Shown: in pieces, positions 17,648 to 26,188 of the stretch
How the letters are laid out: every line of letters begins with the position of its first letter
Numbering within the stretch: position 1 is the first letter of the stretch
Assembly: GCA_039190745.1 (NCBI GenBank)
Contig: JBCCXZ010000032.1
Location: 1-42,383 of the forward strand
Source of the DNA: Planctomycetota bacterium
Lineage (GTDB): Bacteria > Planctomycetota > Planctomycetia > Pirellulales > Lacipirellulaceae
DNA: 42,383 nucleotides
Reading direction: 5' to 3'
Translations under genes and position numbers: made by a program
Notes under the pieces: model-generated
What the model was told of the DNA's origin: nothing
What the model saw: the letters and a program-made list of their open reading frames with translations, nothing else
Database searches by the model: none

Positions 17648-18736
17648 TTGAGTCAAACCGCAGCCACCGTCCGCGTCGAGCTTGCCGAACGCGGCTACGA
17701 CATCCAGCTCGGCTCGGGCAACCGCGCCGGCATTGCTGGGTTCCTCTCCGAACGGACCCCGTCGACCCACGCGGTGATCATCACCGACGCCAATGTCGAC
17801 GAGCTCTATGCAGACGCCGTTGGCGACCTCCTCGCGGCGGAGGGTTGGGAGACGCACATCTTGGTCGTCGACGCCGGCGAGCACGCCAAGAGCATCGAGT
17901 CTGCTGCCCAGTTGTGGGAGACCATGCTCGAAGAGGGGGCCGACCGGAAGTCGGTCGTCCTGGCGGTCGGCGGCGGCGTCGTGGGCGACCTCGCCGGCTA
18001 CGTCGCGGCTTCCTACGCGCGGGGCCTCGGGTTCTTCCAGATGCCGACCACGCTCCTCGCGCAGGTCGACAGTTCTGTCGGCGGCAAGGTCGGAATCAAC
18101 CTCCCGGCCGCCAAGAATATGGTCGGCGCCTTTTGGCAGCCGCTGGGGGTGCTGGTGGACGTCGAGGTTCTGGCCACACTGCCCGAACGCGAGTACCGCG
18201 CGGGGCTGGCCGAGGTCGTCAAGTACGGGGTCATCCTCGACGAAGCGTTCTTCGCCTACCTCGAGCAGAACGTCTCCGCGATCGACGACCACGCCCCCGA
18301 GCAGCTCACGCACATTGTCCAGCGGTGCTGCCGACTGAAAGCCGACGTCGTTGAGCAGGATGAACGCGAAACAACCGGCCTCCGGGCCGTGCTCAATTAC
18401 GGCCACACCTTCGCGCACGCCTTCGAGGCCGCCAGCGGATACGGCTCGCTGCTGCACGGCGAAGCGGTCGCCATCGGCATGGCGTGCGCCGCCCGGCTGG
18501 CGGAGAAGCTCGGCCGCGTCGACGCCGCGTTCGTCGACCGCCAGCAGCGGTTGCTCGACGCCCTCAAACTCCCGACAAAGACGCCGGAGCTCGACCACGG
18601 CGAGCTGGTCGACCTGATGTACCGCGACAAGAAAGTCGAGGCGGGCCGGCTCCGCTTCGTGCTGCCCGATCGGTTGGGCCATGTCGAACTGGTCGACGAC
18701 GTGAACCCCGACGACGCGATTGCCGCTCTTTCTTGA
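17648..18736 (+). CDS. aroB: 3-dehydroquinate synthase
   Basis: GGGVVGDLAG, PTTLLAQVDSSVGGKVG, LNYGHTFAHAFE, LLHGEAV and DKK. Confidence 0.97.
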   Translation: MSQTAATVRVELAERGYDIQLGSGNRAGIAGFLSERTPSTHAVIITDANVDELYADAVGDLLAAEGWETHILVVDAGEHAKSIESAAQLWETMLEEGADRKSVVLAVGGGVVGDLAGYVAASYARGLGFFQMPTTLLAQVDSSVGGKVGINLPAAKNMVGAFWQPLGVLVDVEVLATLPEREYRAGLAEVVKYGVILDEAFFAYLEQNVSAIDDHAPEQLTHIVQRCCRLKADVVEQDERETTGLRAVLNYGHTFAHAFEAASGYGSLLHGEAVAIGMACAARLAEKLGRVDAAFVDRQQRLLDALKLPTKTPELDHGELVDLMYRDKKVEAGRLRFVLPDRLGHVELVDDVNPDDAIAALS

Positions 18737-18764
18737 CCGCCGCTGTATATCGAGGGCAGCTCCG

Positions 18765-19892
18765 ATGGCGGCGCCAGAGAACGAACCCCTTACCGACGAT
18801 CGCCGCGCGAGCCTGCTGCTCACGCTGCTGCCCGGCGTTGGGCCGCTCGCCCGCCAGCGCCTGCTCCAGCGGTTCGGCGACGCCCCGGCCGTGCTGGCCG
18901 CCGACCGGGGCGACCTGCTCACCGTTCAGGGCGTCGGCCCCAAGCTTGCCGAAAAGCTCGTTGCGGCCGAAGAGCACGTCGGGCTCGACGCACAGCTCGA
19001 AGCCGCCAACGCGGCCGGCGTACGCATGCTGCTTGAGGCCGACACCGGCTACCCGGCGCTACTGCGCGAGATCCCCGACCCGCCGGGCGTGCTGTTCGTC
19101 CGCGGCAATCTGGAGTCGATCGACCAACTCGCGGTCGGCATCGTCGGCACCCGCCACGGCTCGCGCTACGGGCTCGACCAGGCCGAGCGGTTCGCCGCCG
19201 GGCTCGCGCGGGCTGGCATCACCGTGGTGAGCGGCATGGCTCGCGGGATCGACACCGCCGCCCACCGAGGCGCGCTCGAAGCCGGCGGACGCACCGTCGC
19301 GGTGCTCGCCAGCGGCGTGCTCCGGCCCTACCCGCCCGAGAACGCCGATCTGGCCGAACGCATCGCCCGTCAGGGGGCCGTCCTCAGCGAAGCCGGCCCC
19401 ACCATGCCGCCCATCAGCGGGATGTTCCCCCAGCGGAACCGCATCATCAGCGGTCTCTCGCTCGGCGTCGTCGTCATCGAAGCGGCCGAGCGCTCTGGGG
19501 CGCTCATCACCGCACGCCACGCGGGCGAACAGAACCGCCAGCTTTTCGCTCTGCCTGGGCCCGTCGACAGCCGGCTCTCGCGCGGCCCGCACCGCCTGCT
19601 CCGCGACGGCGCGATCCTCGTCCGCTCGATCGAGGACGTGATCGAAGACCTCGGCCCACTCATGACACAGGCGGAACGGAACGACGGGGCGACTATCCGC
19701 ACGCCCCGAGAACTTTCGCTCAATGAGATCGAGCAGCAGGTCCTCCGAGCGATCGAGCCCACCGGCTCGCTGGTCGACGAGATCACCGCCGCCACCGGCC
19801 TGCCGGTGCAGCGTGTGCTCAGCACGATTCATGTGCTGGAGATGCGGTCGCTCGTCCGCCGTCTCGGCGGCAACCGGGTTGCCCGCATCTAG
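18765..19892 (+). CDS. dprA: DNA-processing protein DprA
   Basis: YPALLREIPDPP, VGIVGTR, VVSGMARGIDTAAH, FPQRNRIISGLS, SGALITA and a C-terminal winged helix. Confidence 0.95.
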   Translation: MAAPENEPLTDDRRASLLLTLLPGVGPLARQRLLQRFGDAPAVLAADRGDLLTVQGVGPKLAEKLVAAEEHVGLDAQLEAANAAGVRMLLEADTGYPALLREIPDPPGVLFVRGNLESIDQLAVGIVGTRHGSRYGLDQAERFAAGLARAGITVVSGMARGIDTAAHRGALEAGGRTVAVLASGVLRPYPPENADLAERIARQGAVLSEAGPTMPPISGMFPQRNRIISGLSLGVVVIEAAERSGALITARHAGEQNRQLFALPGPVDSRLSRGPHRLLRDGAILVRSIEDVIEDLGPLMTQAERNDGATIRTPRELSLNEIEQQVLRAIEPTGSLVDEITAATGLPVQRVLSTIHVLEMRSLVRRLGGNRVARI

Positions 19893-20340
19893 TGAACCGG
19901 CAAGCGCGAATCGCGTATCAAACAGTGGGCTAGCCAGACCCGCTTATCTTCCCCTGGAAAACGCTCAGTTGTTGCAGGATTGAACACATCAGAATCCAAC
20001 ACTGAGACAGACCGACTGCCAAACGCATGGAAAAACATGCAAAATTGGCAGAACTCGAACCCGCCGCCTCGACCAAAATCTGGCGAGCAAATAGGGGTTC
20101 AACCCGGCGTAAACCAGGGGTTTCTTTGCGCAACCGCGTGATTTTGGTACCTGATAGGTAAGATCGGTACGCCGGTTGCGAACACTTCTTGAGCACGGCA
20201 AACATGCCGCGGCAGCCGCAGCCCAAGGAGTCGCATTCGTTAAATTGCGAGGGCCTGCGGCGGTTCCTGATCGGACGACAGGGAGAAAGGACTTTCTCCT
20301 GATGGCACGTCGAACTCTCTGCACGAGGAGTTCGTAACTG

Positions 20341-21000
20341 ATGTTGAAGCAAGCCACGGAAGACAAATACATCAACGAGTCCACTCGCAACGGGCAGCCG
20401 GAATGGCAGGACCGTAGCGACGAGGACCTATTCCACGAGTACCGCGAGTCTGAATCGGCTTTCGTTTTTGCCGAGTTAGTCGGGCGGTACGAACAAGAAC
20501 TCTATAATTACCTAAGGCGGTTCTTGAACGACGGCTCTCTGGCTGAGGACGTGTTTCAAGCCACGTTTCTCCAGGTGCACCTGAAGAGTCACCTCTTCGA
20601 GTCCGGCCGTAAGTTCCGCCCCTGGCTGTATACAATCGCGACTAACCAAGCGATCGATTCGCAGCGACGCAACCGCCGGCACCGCCGGCTCAGCCTCGAC
20701 CAGTCGCTCTCCTCCAGCGGAGAAGACCTGGGCGCGTTGCTCGATATGGTCGCCGGAAACTCTGCGGACCCCACCGATGCCTACGCCAATCAAGAGGAAG
20801 CCGAGTGGGTTCGCGGGGCGGTTTCCGAGCTGCCGCAGACGTTGCGGAAGACTGTCGACCTCGTTTACTTCAAGGGGATGAAGTACCGTGACGCCGCGAA
20901 CGTACTTTCTGTCCCTGTCGGCACCGTCAAGAGCCGCTTGCACGCGGCCGTGCGGCGGCTCGGCCAGGCCTGGAAGGAGATCGGCGCCGCGAACGGGTAA
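20341..21000 (+). CDS. ECF RNA polymerase sigma factor (module 1)
   Basis: Region 2 AEDVFQATFL and FRPWLYTIATN; region 4 VPVGTVKSRLH. SD GAGGAG. Confidence 0.93.
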   Translation: MLKQATEDKYINESTRNGQPEWQDRSDEDLFHEYRESESAFVFAELVGRYEQELYNYLRRFLNDGSLAEDVFQATFLQVHLKSHLFESGRKFRPWLYTIATNQAIDSQRRNRRHRRLSLDQSLSSSGEDLGALLDMVAGNSADPTDAYANQEEAEWVRGAVSELPQTLRKTVDLVYFKGMKYRDAANVLSVPVGTVKSRLHAAVRRLGQAWKEIGAANG

Positions 21001-21062
21001 CGAGCGGAGCTTCCCGCAGAACCACAGCGCACAGAACCACAACCGACCGCACCACGTATATC

Positions 21063-21106
21063 AAACCGCCGGTCGCCGCTCTCACGCGGCGGCGCGGCGG
21101 TTTTTT
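21063..21106 (+). terminator. Terminator-like hairpin between sigma and putative anti-sigma
   Basis: AAACCGCCG-GTCGCCGC / GCGGCGGC-G-CGGCGG followed by TTTTTT. Confidence 0.6.
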
Positions 21107-21158
21107 GTTTGGCGATTTGTGACCCCGCCAAGACTCCGACCCCGCCCGGGAGGGGCCC

Positions 21159-22334
21159 GTGTCTGACCAAGCCTTGCCCCCTGAAGACCCCACGACCCCC
21201 GACGGGCTCGCCGCACGCAACGACCGGCCTGTCTGCAAAGAGGGGCCCGTGCGCGAAGAAATGCTCATCGCGTACCTCATGAACGGTCTGCCCGAAGCGG
21301 AGCACGCCCGGGTCGAGGCACTGGTCGCGGCCCACCCGGAATTGAAAGAGAAGCTCGACCGCATCCGGAGCTGCCTCGGCGACGGCGCGGCACCCGACTC
21401 GCCCGCGGCCGGCTCGACCCCCCCGCGGCTGGCGGGCAAGACCTGCCGGCTCGTCGGCCGGATCCGCCGCGGCTTCGAGCCGTCGCCCGCGCTGAGCGAA
21501 TCGAACGACGGCCACCGGCGACGCCCCCGTGCCTCGCTGCTCGACTGGGTCTTCGTCGGCGGGATCGCGGCTTCGGTCGTCCTGCTGGTCGCCCCCGCGG
21601 TGCAGCACAGCCGGGACGAGGCCCGGCGCGCCCAATGCCAGGACAACCTCCGCGAGGTCACCCACCACTTGCTGACCTACCTGGACGACCACCAGAGCCT
21701 GCCCCACATCGAGCAGCACGAGAACGCCGGCAGCTTCGCGCTCGAACTGGCACGGAACAACCCGCACCTGCGGGAGTTGCTCAAGACCCGGCTGGTGTGC
21801 CCCTCTTCCGAACTCGCCGACCAAGTTGCCGCTGGCGCCGTCGTCATGCGTCTGCCGACCGACGCCCAGCTAGCCGCCGCCCCGGTCGAGGAGGTCGACT
21901 TGCTCCGCAGGTTCATGAGCGGCAGCTACGCCTACCGCATCGGATACGTCAAAGACGGGAAGTACCGACGGATCGACTTCCGCAAGTGCGGCCGGACACC
22001 GATCCTTGCAGACGCACCCACAATGACTCCGCACGGGTTCCACAGCCTCCGCCACGACGCGTGCGGCTTCAACATGGCGATGCTCGACGGAAGCGTCCAG
22101 TTCCGCGACCGCTGCGCCGCCCCGGGCAGCGACAGCCACATCTTCCTCAACACCGACGGCGACCACCGGGCCGGCCTCGCCGAAGACGACATCGTACTCG
22201 CACGCAGCGAAGTGGAGCCCCTGCCGCGGGTCACACCAGCGATCCGCGGGCCCGCCGTCCAGCGACGCGTTCCCAATCGGGGTGGCACTCTAGGAACAAA
22301 GGACCGCGGCCTGAAGGCCACGGCCCCTTGGTAA
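21159..22334 (+). CDS. Putative anti-sigma factor fused to a DUF1559-like domain
   Basis: EMLIAYLMNGL..EHARVEALV anti-sigma-like domain, a TM segment, then SRDEARRAQCQDNLREV, LVCPS and H...GFNMAMLDGSVQF. Alternative start GTG 21249. Confidence 0.75.
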   Translation: MSDQALPPEDPTTPDGLAARNDRPVCKEGPVREEMLIAYLMNGLPEAEHARVEALVAAHPELKEKLDRIRSCLGDGAAPDSPAAGSTPPRLAGKTCRLVGRIRRGFEPSPALSESNDGHRRRPRASLLDWVFVGGIAASVVLLVAPAVQHSRDEARRAQCQDNLREVTHHLLTYLDDHQSLPHIEQHENAGSFALELARNNPHLRELLKTRLVCPSSELADQVAAGAVVMRLPTDAQLAAAPVEEVDLLRRFMSGSYAYRIGYVKDGKYRRIDFRKCGRTPILADAPTMTPHGFHSLRHDACGFNMAMLDGSVQFRDRCAAPGSDSHIFLNTDGDHRAGLAEDDIVLARSEVEPLPRVTPAIRGPAVQRRVPNRGGTLGTKDRGLKATAPW

Positions 22335-22362
22335 AACGCGGAGTCCCGGAAGGTGATCGGCG

Positions 22363-23439
22363 TTACTCTTCGCCGAGCCGCTCCTGGAGTTCTTCGAGCC
22401 GCCGCTCGATGGCCTCCATCCGCTCGATCACCGCGTCTTCTTCGGCTTCTTCGATGCGTCGCGATTCTCCAGGGTTGTTGCCCCACGGGGCCCAGCCAGC
22501 GCCGTTCTGCCAAGGCATTCCGCCGAAATCAAACCGCATCACGCCCGGTCCCGCGGCACCGCCGAGCATCCGCCGCACATGCGGCTGAAGCTCTTCGGGC
22601 ATCTCCGCCAGCGCGGCCTCGTCGCCCTCCTGGACCGTCCAGGTCTCACCATCGCGGCTGACGGTCACCTCGGCCGGCTGGTTGCCTTGCTTGCGGACCG
22701 AGAACGCCACGCCGTCCAGCCCGCCGAGATCGGGGGCCGCGTTGCCCACCACGCCGGGGCCGAACACACGGCCCGCGTCGAAGCCGCGGAAATCGCCGAA
22801 CCCCTCGAGCGCTCCCATGCCGCCGAAGCGGTCCAGCGCGCCCGGTTCGCCGAACTGCTTGAGCATCTTGCGCATGACTTCGCGCTCGTCGTTGCCGAAC
22901 ACCATCCGCCCGCGCCGACGGCCGGAGAACGCCGATGCGTCGGCGGGCTTCGCCACGGGCGTGACCTCAAGCGTGATCTTCTTGCCGAGGCGGATCAGCT
23001 CCAGCTCGATCGGCTGCCCGTTGCCCTGGGAAACCAGGTCACGCAGCACACGCATGTTGTGCACCGCCTCGCCGTTGGCCCTCAGCAGAATGTCGTGCCG
23101 ACGCAAACCAGCCTCTGCGGCCGGGCTGCCTTCGACCACGGTCTCGACCACCACGCCCATGTCCTCGGCCAGCTGCAGGTGCGTCCGCAGCACCGGGTTC
23201 TCCACGCCCCGGCCCGACATGCCGATCCAGAACGTCGGCGCCTGCTCGGCCGCCCTCACGTTCTGCTCGATCACGACAACCTCTTCCTCGTCTTCGTTGA
23301 GCAGATCTTTGCCGATCCGCACGATCTTGCCGATGCGGCCTTCTTCTTCGGTTTCCTCCGCCACGGCCAGCGAAGCACCGCAGGCCATCCCAGAAACCGC
23401 CGCCACAGCCGCCAGTGCTCTCCAGTTCAACCAACGCAT
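22363..23439 (-). CDS. Secreted PDZ-domain protein with no protease domain
   Basis: Signal peptide; GVVVETVVEGSPAAEAGLRRHDILLRANG PDZ motif; C-terminal coiled coil. Confidence 0.85.
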   Translation of the reverse strand: MRWLNWRALAAVAAVSGMACGASLAVAEETEEEGRIGKIVRIGKDLLNEDEEEVVVIEQNVRAAEQAPTFWIGMSGRGVENPVLRTHLQLAEDMGVVVETVVEGSPAAEAGLRRHDILLRANGEAVHNMRVLRDLVSQGNGQPIELELIRLGKKITLEVTPVAKPADASAFSGRRRGRMVFGNDEREVMRKMLKQFGEPGALDRFGGMGALEGFGDFRGFDAGRVFGPGVVGNAAPDLGGLDGVAFSVRKQGNQPAEVTVSRDGETWTVQEGDEAALAEMPEELQPHVRRMLGGAAGPGVMRFDFGGMPWQNGAGWAPWGNNPGESRRIEEAEEDAVIERMEAIERRLEELQERLGEE

Positions 23440-23475
23440 ATGCCACCTCTCTTCTGGTGAGGCCAAAGGTAAGTC

Positions 23476-24183
23476 TCAGTAAACCGGGCGGCTTACCGGG
23501 ACGATAAACGTGTCTTCCACCGGCACGGCCATTGGCACGAGCCGGTCCTCTTCCTCGAAAAACAGCGGCGCGATCCGGCGACGCCGACGCAGCTCAAACC
23601 CCTCGTCGATCAACCGCCCCCGCAATCCGGTGAGCCCGCGGGATTCCTGCCAGGGCACGGGCTCGCTGCCCGCGTCGACCAACGGCACCCGCACGCGCTG
23701 GTCTACACCCTCAGCGTCGCGCACCAGCAGCGTGACGATGTCGCCGTCGGCGGGGTGCTCCGCTGTGTCGGGGCTGTTTTCCGCCCGAGCGTTTGCAGCC
23801 AACGCCTCGTCTGCCGCTGCGGGAGCGACTGCACCCCCCCGTGCGGCGGCCAAGCTCGGTCCGGGTTCACTGCTCGGCGCCGCGAGCCTCCCCGCCGCGA
23901 AGGCCGCCAGCAAAGACGCGGCGGCCGCCAACCACAGCCCGCTCGTCCGGCCGCTGCGATGCCGCGTCGCCGGTTCCGCCAACCGGGCGGACCGGTCGCC
24001 AGTGAGCATCGCCCGCACGCCGCCGCCGACCGCCTGATCTTCCAAGAAAGCCAACGCGCACCGCCGCCAACCTCCGGGGTGTTCCTCCAGTCTGTGGAGC
24101 AATGCATCCCGCTGCTGCTGCGGCAGTTCGTCGTCGATCAGGGCGTCGAGCGCCCGCTGGTCTTCTGGGGTCCAAGTCGTCAT
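23476..24183 (-). CDS. Putative anti-sigma factor (module 2)
   Basis: LDALIDDEL...WRRCALAFLE N-terminal domain and TM WLAAAASLLAAFAAG, directly downstream of an ECF sigma. Confidence 0.75.
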   Translation of the reverse strand: MTTWTPEDQRALDALIDDELPQQQRDALLHRLEEHPGGWRRCALAFLEDQAVGGGVRAMLTGDRSARLAEPATRHRSGRTSGLWLAAAASLLAAFAAGRLAAPSSEPGPSLAAARGGAVAPAAADEALAANARAENSPDTAEHPADGDIVTLLVRDAEGVDQRVRVPLVDAGSEPVPWQESRGLTGLRGRLIDEGFELRRRRRIAPLFFEEEDRLVPMAVPVEDTFIVPVSRPVY

Positions 24184-24226
24184 CGGCAAACACTTTCGTT
24201 TCGATCCGAGGCCAACACCTTGCAGC

Positions 24227-24778
24227 TCACACCGTTGAAGTCACGCCGTGCCGCGCGAGCTCCGCCCTCAGCCGCTCCCGCGCACGGTGCAACCGCGACT
24301 GAACCGCGCCCTCGCCAATGCCCAGGTGCTCGGCGAGTTGGCGGTAGCTCCAGCCCTCGGCGTGCTTGAGCATCAACACCTCAGCGTCCCGTCCCGGCAG
24401 CTTGGCAACCGCTTGGCGGACTAGCGACTCGCGTTCCCGACGCAGGAGCCAATCCAGCGGGTCGCTCGTCTCCTGTTCCCCTTGCCGCTCGGCGACCTCA
24501 TGCTCCCGCCTGCGTCGGCGGCCCGCTTTGCGTCGGTGCTCCAATGCCGTGGTCGCCGCGATCCGGTACAGCCACGGCGCCACCCGCTGGCGGTCGCGGA
24601 GCCGGTCGACGTTCTCTACGGCCTGCCGGGCAACTTCCTGGAACACGTCGTCCAACTCGCCGGCGTCCACGCCCCGCGCCGCTAGCACCGTCCGCAGCCA
24701 CCGGCCGTGCTCGGCGAGCGCCCCCCGCAGGAATTCCTGCGGCGACCGGCTGTTCGACGGCGCTGGCGATGGGTTCAT
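24227..24778 (-). CDS. ECF RNA polymerase sigma factor (module 2)
   Basis: LDDVFQEV, APWLYRIA and GWSYRQLAEHLGIGEGAVQSRLHRAR. Start uncertain (24778-24799). Confidence 0.9.
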   Translation of the reverse strand: MNPSPAPSNSRSPQEFLRGALAEHGRWLRTVLAARGVDAGELDDVFQEVARQAVENVDRLRDRQRVAPWLYRIAATTALEHRRKAGRRRRREHEVAERQGEQETSDPLDWLLRRERESLVRQAVAKLPGRDAEVLMLKHAEGWSYRQLAEHLGIGEGAVQSRLHRARERLRAELARHGVTSTV

Positions 24779-24886
24779 AGGACGCGGCATCCGTGGCACA
24801 AGAAGGAGGTTGCCGACCTCGGGAGAATCTTCTGCAGATTCTCGCCAGAACGGCCAGAAAGTCGAAAGCTCTTTGCCACGAATCGT

Positions 24887-26146
24887 TTACGCCGGCACCG
24901 TTGCCAGCGGGAAGTCCAGCCGCGGCTCATTGCGCGATCGCAACCAGAGCATCGCCGCCGCAGCCAGCACGAACACCGCCAGGCTAATGTTCTGAGAGAT
25001 GCTCATCTCGGTACCGAACACGGGCGACTCGTCCACGCGGATCACCTCCAGCAGGAACCGGGCGACCGGGTATAAGAGAAGCATCAACGCGGTCACCTCG
25101 CCCTCGCTGCGGCGGAAGGCGTAGAAGGTCCACAGCAGCCAGCAGAGCAGAGCGGCGTTCACTGCGCTGTAGATCTGCGTGGGGTGGATCGGCCGGCTGC
25201 GAACGCTTGCTGGCGGGTTGAGCAGCACGGCCCGATCGCCGACCTGCAGAGCGAGCGGCCGGCCTTCTCTGACGGTGGCCAAGAGAGCGTCGGCCAGTTC
25301 GGCCCGATTCCGGACGCCGTAACCGCCTGCGGCGCGGATCGTGTCGCCCTCGACGAGCCCCGCCTCAGCACCGGGCGACGCCTCAACCACCGCGAGCACA
25401 TCGACGCCCGCTGCGCCGTCGGTGAGCGTCAGCCCGAACAGCGTCCCGCGGCGTGCCTGCTCGATCGTGGGCAGGCTGTCGGCCGGGAACTGCACCGCCC
25501 ACGGCACGTCCGTCACGCCGCCGTAGCAGCAGCCGTTCAGCAAGCACCCGAGCCGCCCCAGCGCCAGGCCGGCCACGAGCGAAGGGGCGATGAGGTCGGC
25601 CATCGCCAACGGCGGCAGGCGATGCTTCAGCGTGTACCCCACAAACGCGAGCATCGCCCCCGCGAGCGCGCCGTACACGACCAGCCCGCCTTCGGTGAAC
25701 TTCAACGCTTCAACCAGCGTCTCGCGCCAGTCGCCGCAGCTGAAGCGTTCTTCCCAGTACTCGATCACGAAGAAGAGCCGCGCCCCCAGGATCCCCAAGA
25801 TGAACATCCAAAAAGCCAGCCCGTGGATCACTTCCACGGAGAGCCCCGCCTGACGCGCTCGGAACCCAGCCATCCACAGCCCAGCGACCGAGCCCAGCAG
25901 CACCATCAACCCGTAGCCGCGGATCGGCAGCCCTGAGGGCATCAGCCGCGGCAATGCGACGATGGCGATGGCGCCAAGGGCCAGTGCCGGCAGGTAGCCC
26001 CACACTTCGCTGGCGCCGCTTGGCCCTTTGCGCACATTCCACAGCACCGCTCCGCCCACGATGCACCACGCGGCCAGCAGCAACCCGAAGCCGAAGATCG
26101 GCACGCCCTGCCAGGTCATCGGGATGCGGAACAGTTCCGAGCACAT
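24887..26146 (-). CDS. lgt: Prolipoprotein diacylglyceryl transferase with PDZ-like insertion
   Basis: IRGYGLM, GARLFFV, GGLVVYGAL, GRLGCLLNGCCYG, HPTQIY and RFLLEVIR. Confidence 0.92.
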   Translation of the reverse strand: MCSELFRIPMTWQGVPIFGFGLLLAAWCIVGGAVLWNVRKGPSGASEVWGYLPALALGAIAIVALPRLMPSGLPIRGYGLMVLLGSVAGLWMAGFRARQAGLSVEVIHGLAFWMFILGILGARLFFVIEYWEERFSCGDWRETLVEALKFTEGGLVVYGALAGAMLAFVGYTLKHRLPPLAMADLIAPSLVAGLALGRLGCLLNGCCYGGVTDVPWAVQFPADSLPTIEQARRGTLFGLTLTDGAAGVDVLAVVEASPGAEAGLVEGDTIRAAGGYGVRNRAELADALLATVREGRPLALQVGDRAVLLNPPASVRSRPIHPTQIYSAVNAALLCWLLWTFYAFRRSEGEVTALMLLLYPVARFLLEVIRVDESPVFGTEMSISQNISLAVFVLAAAAMLWLRSRNEPRLDFPLATVPA

Positions 26147-26188
26147 ACGCACGCCTCCTCCGGCCGTCTGTCTGAACAGGCCGCGAGG

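Noticed and set aside
18743..18759. SOS-like CTGTATAT...CAG before dprA
   Set aside because: Spacing is CTG-N11-CAG rather than N10, and the right half-site is poor.
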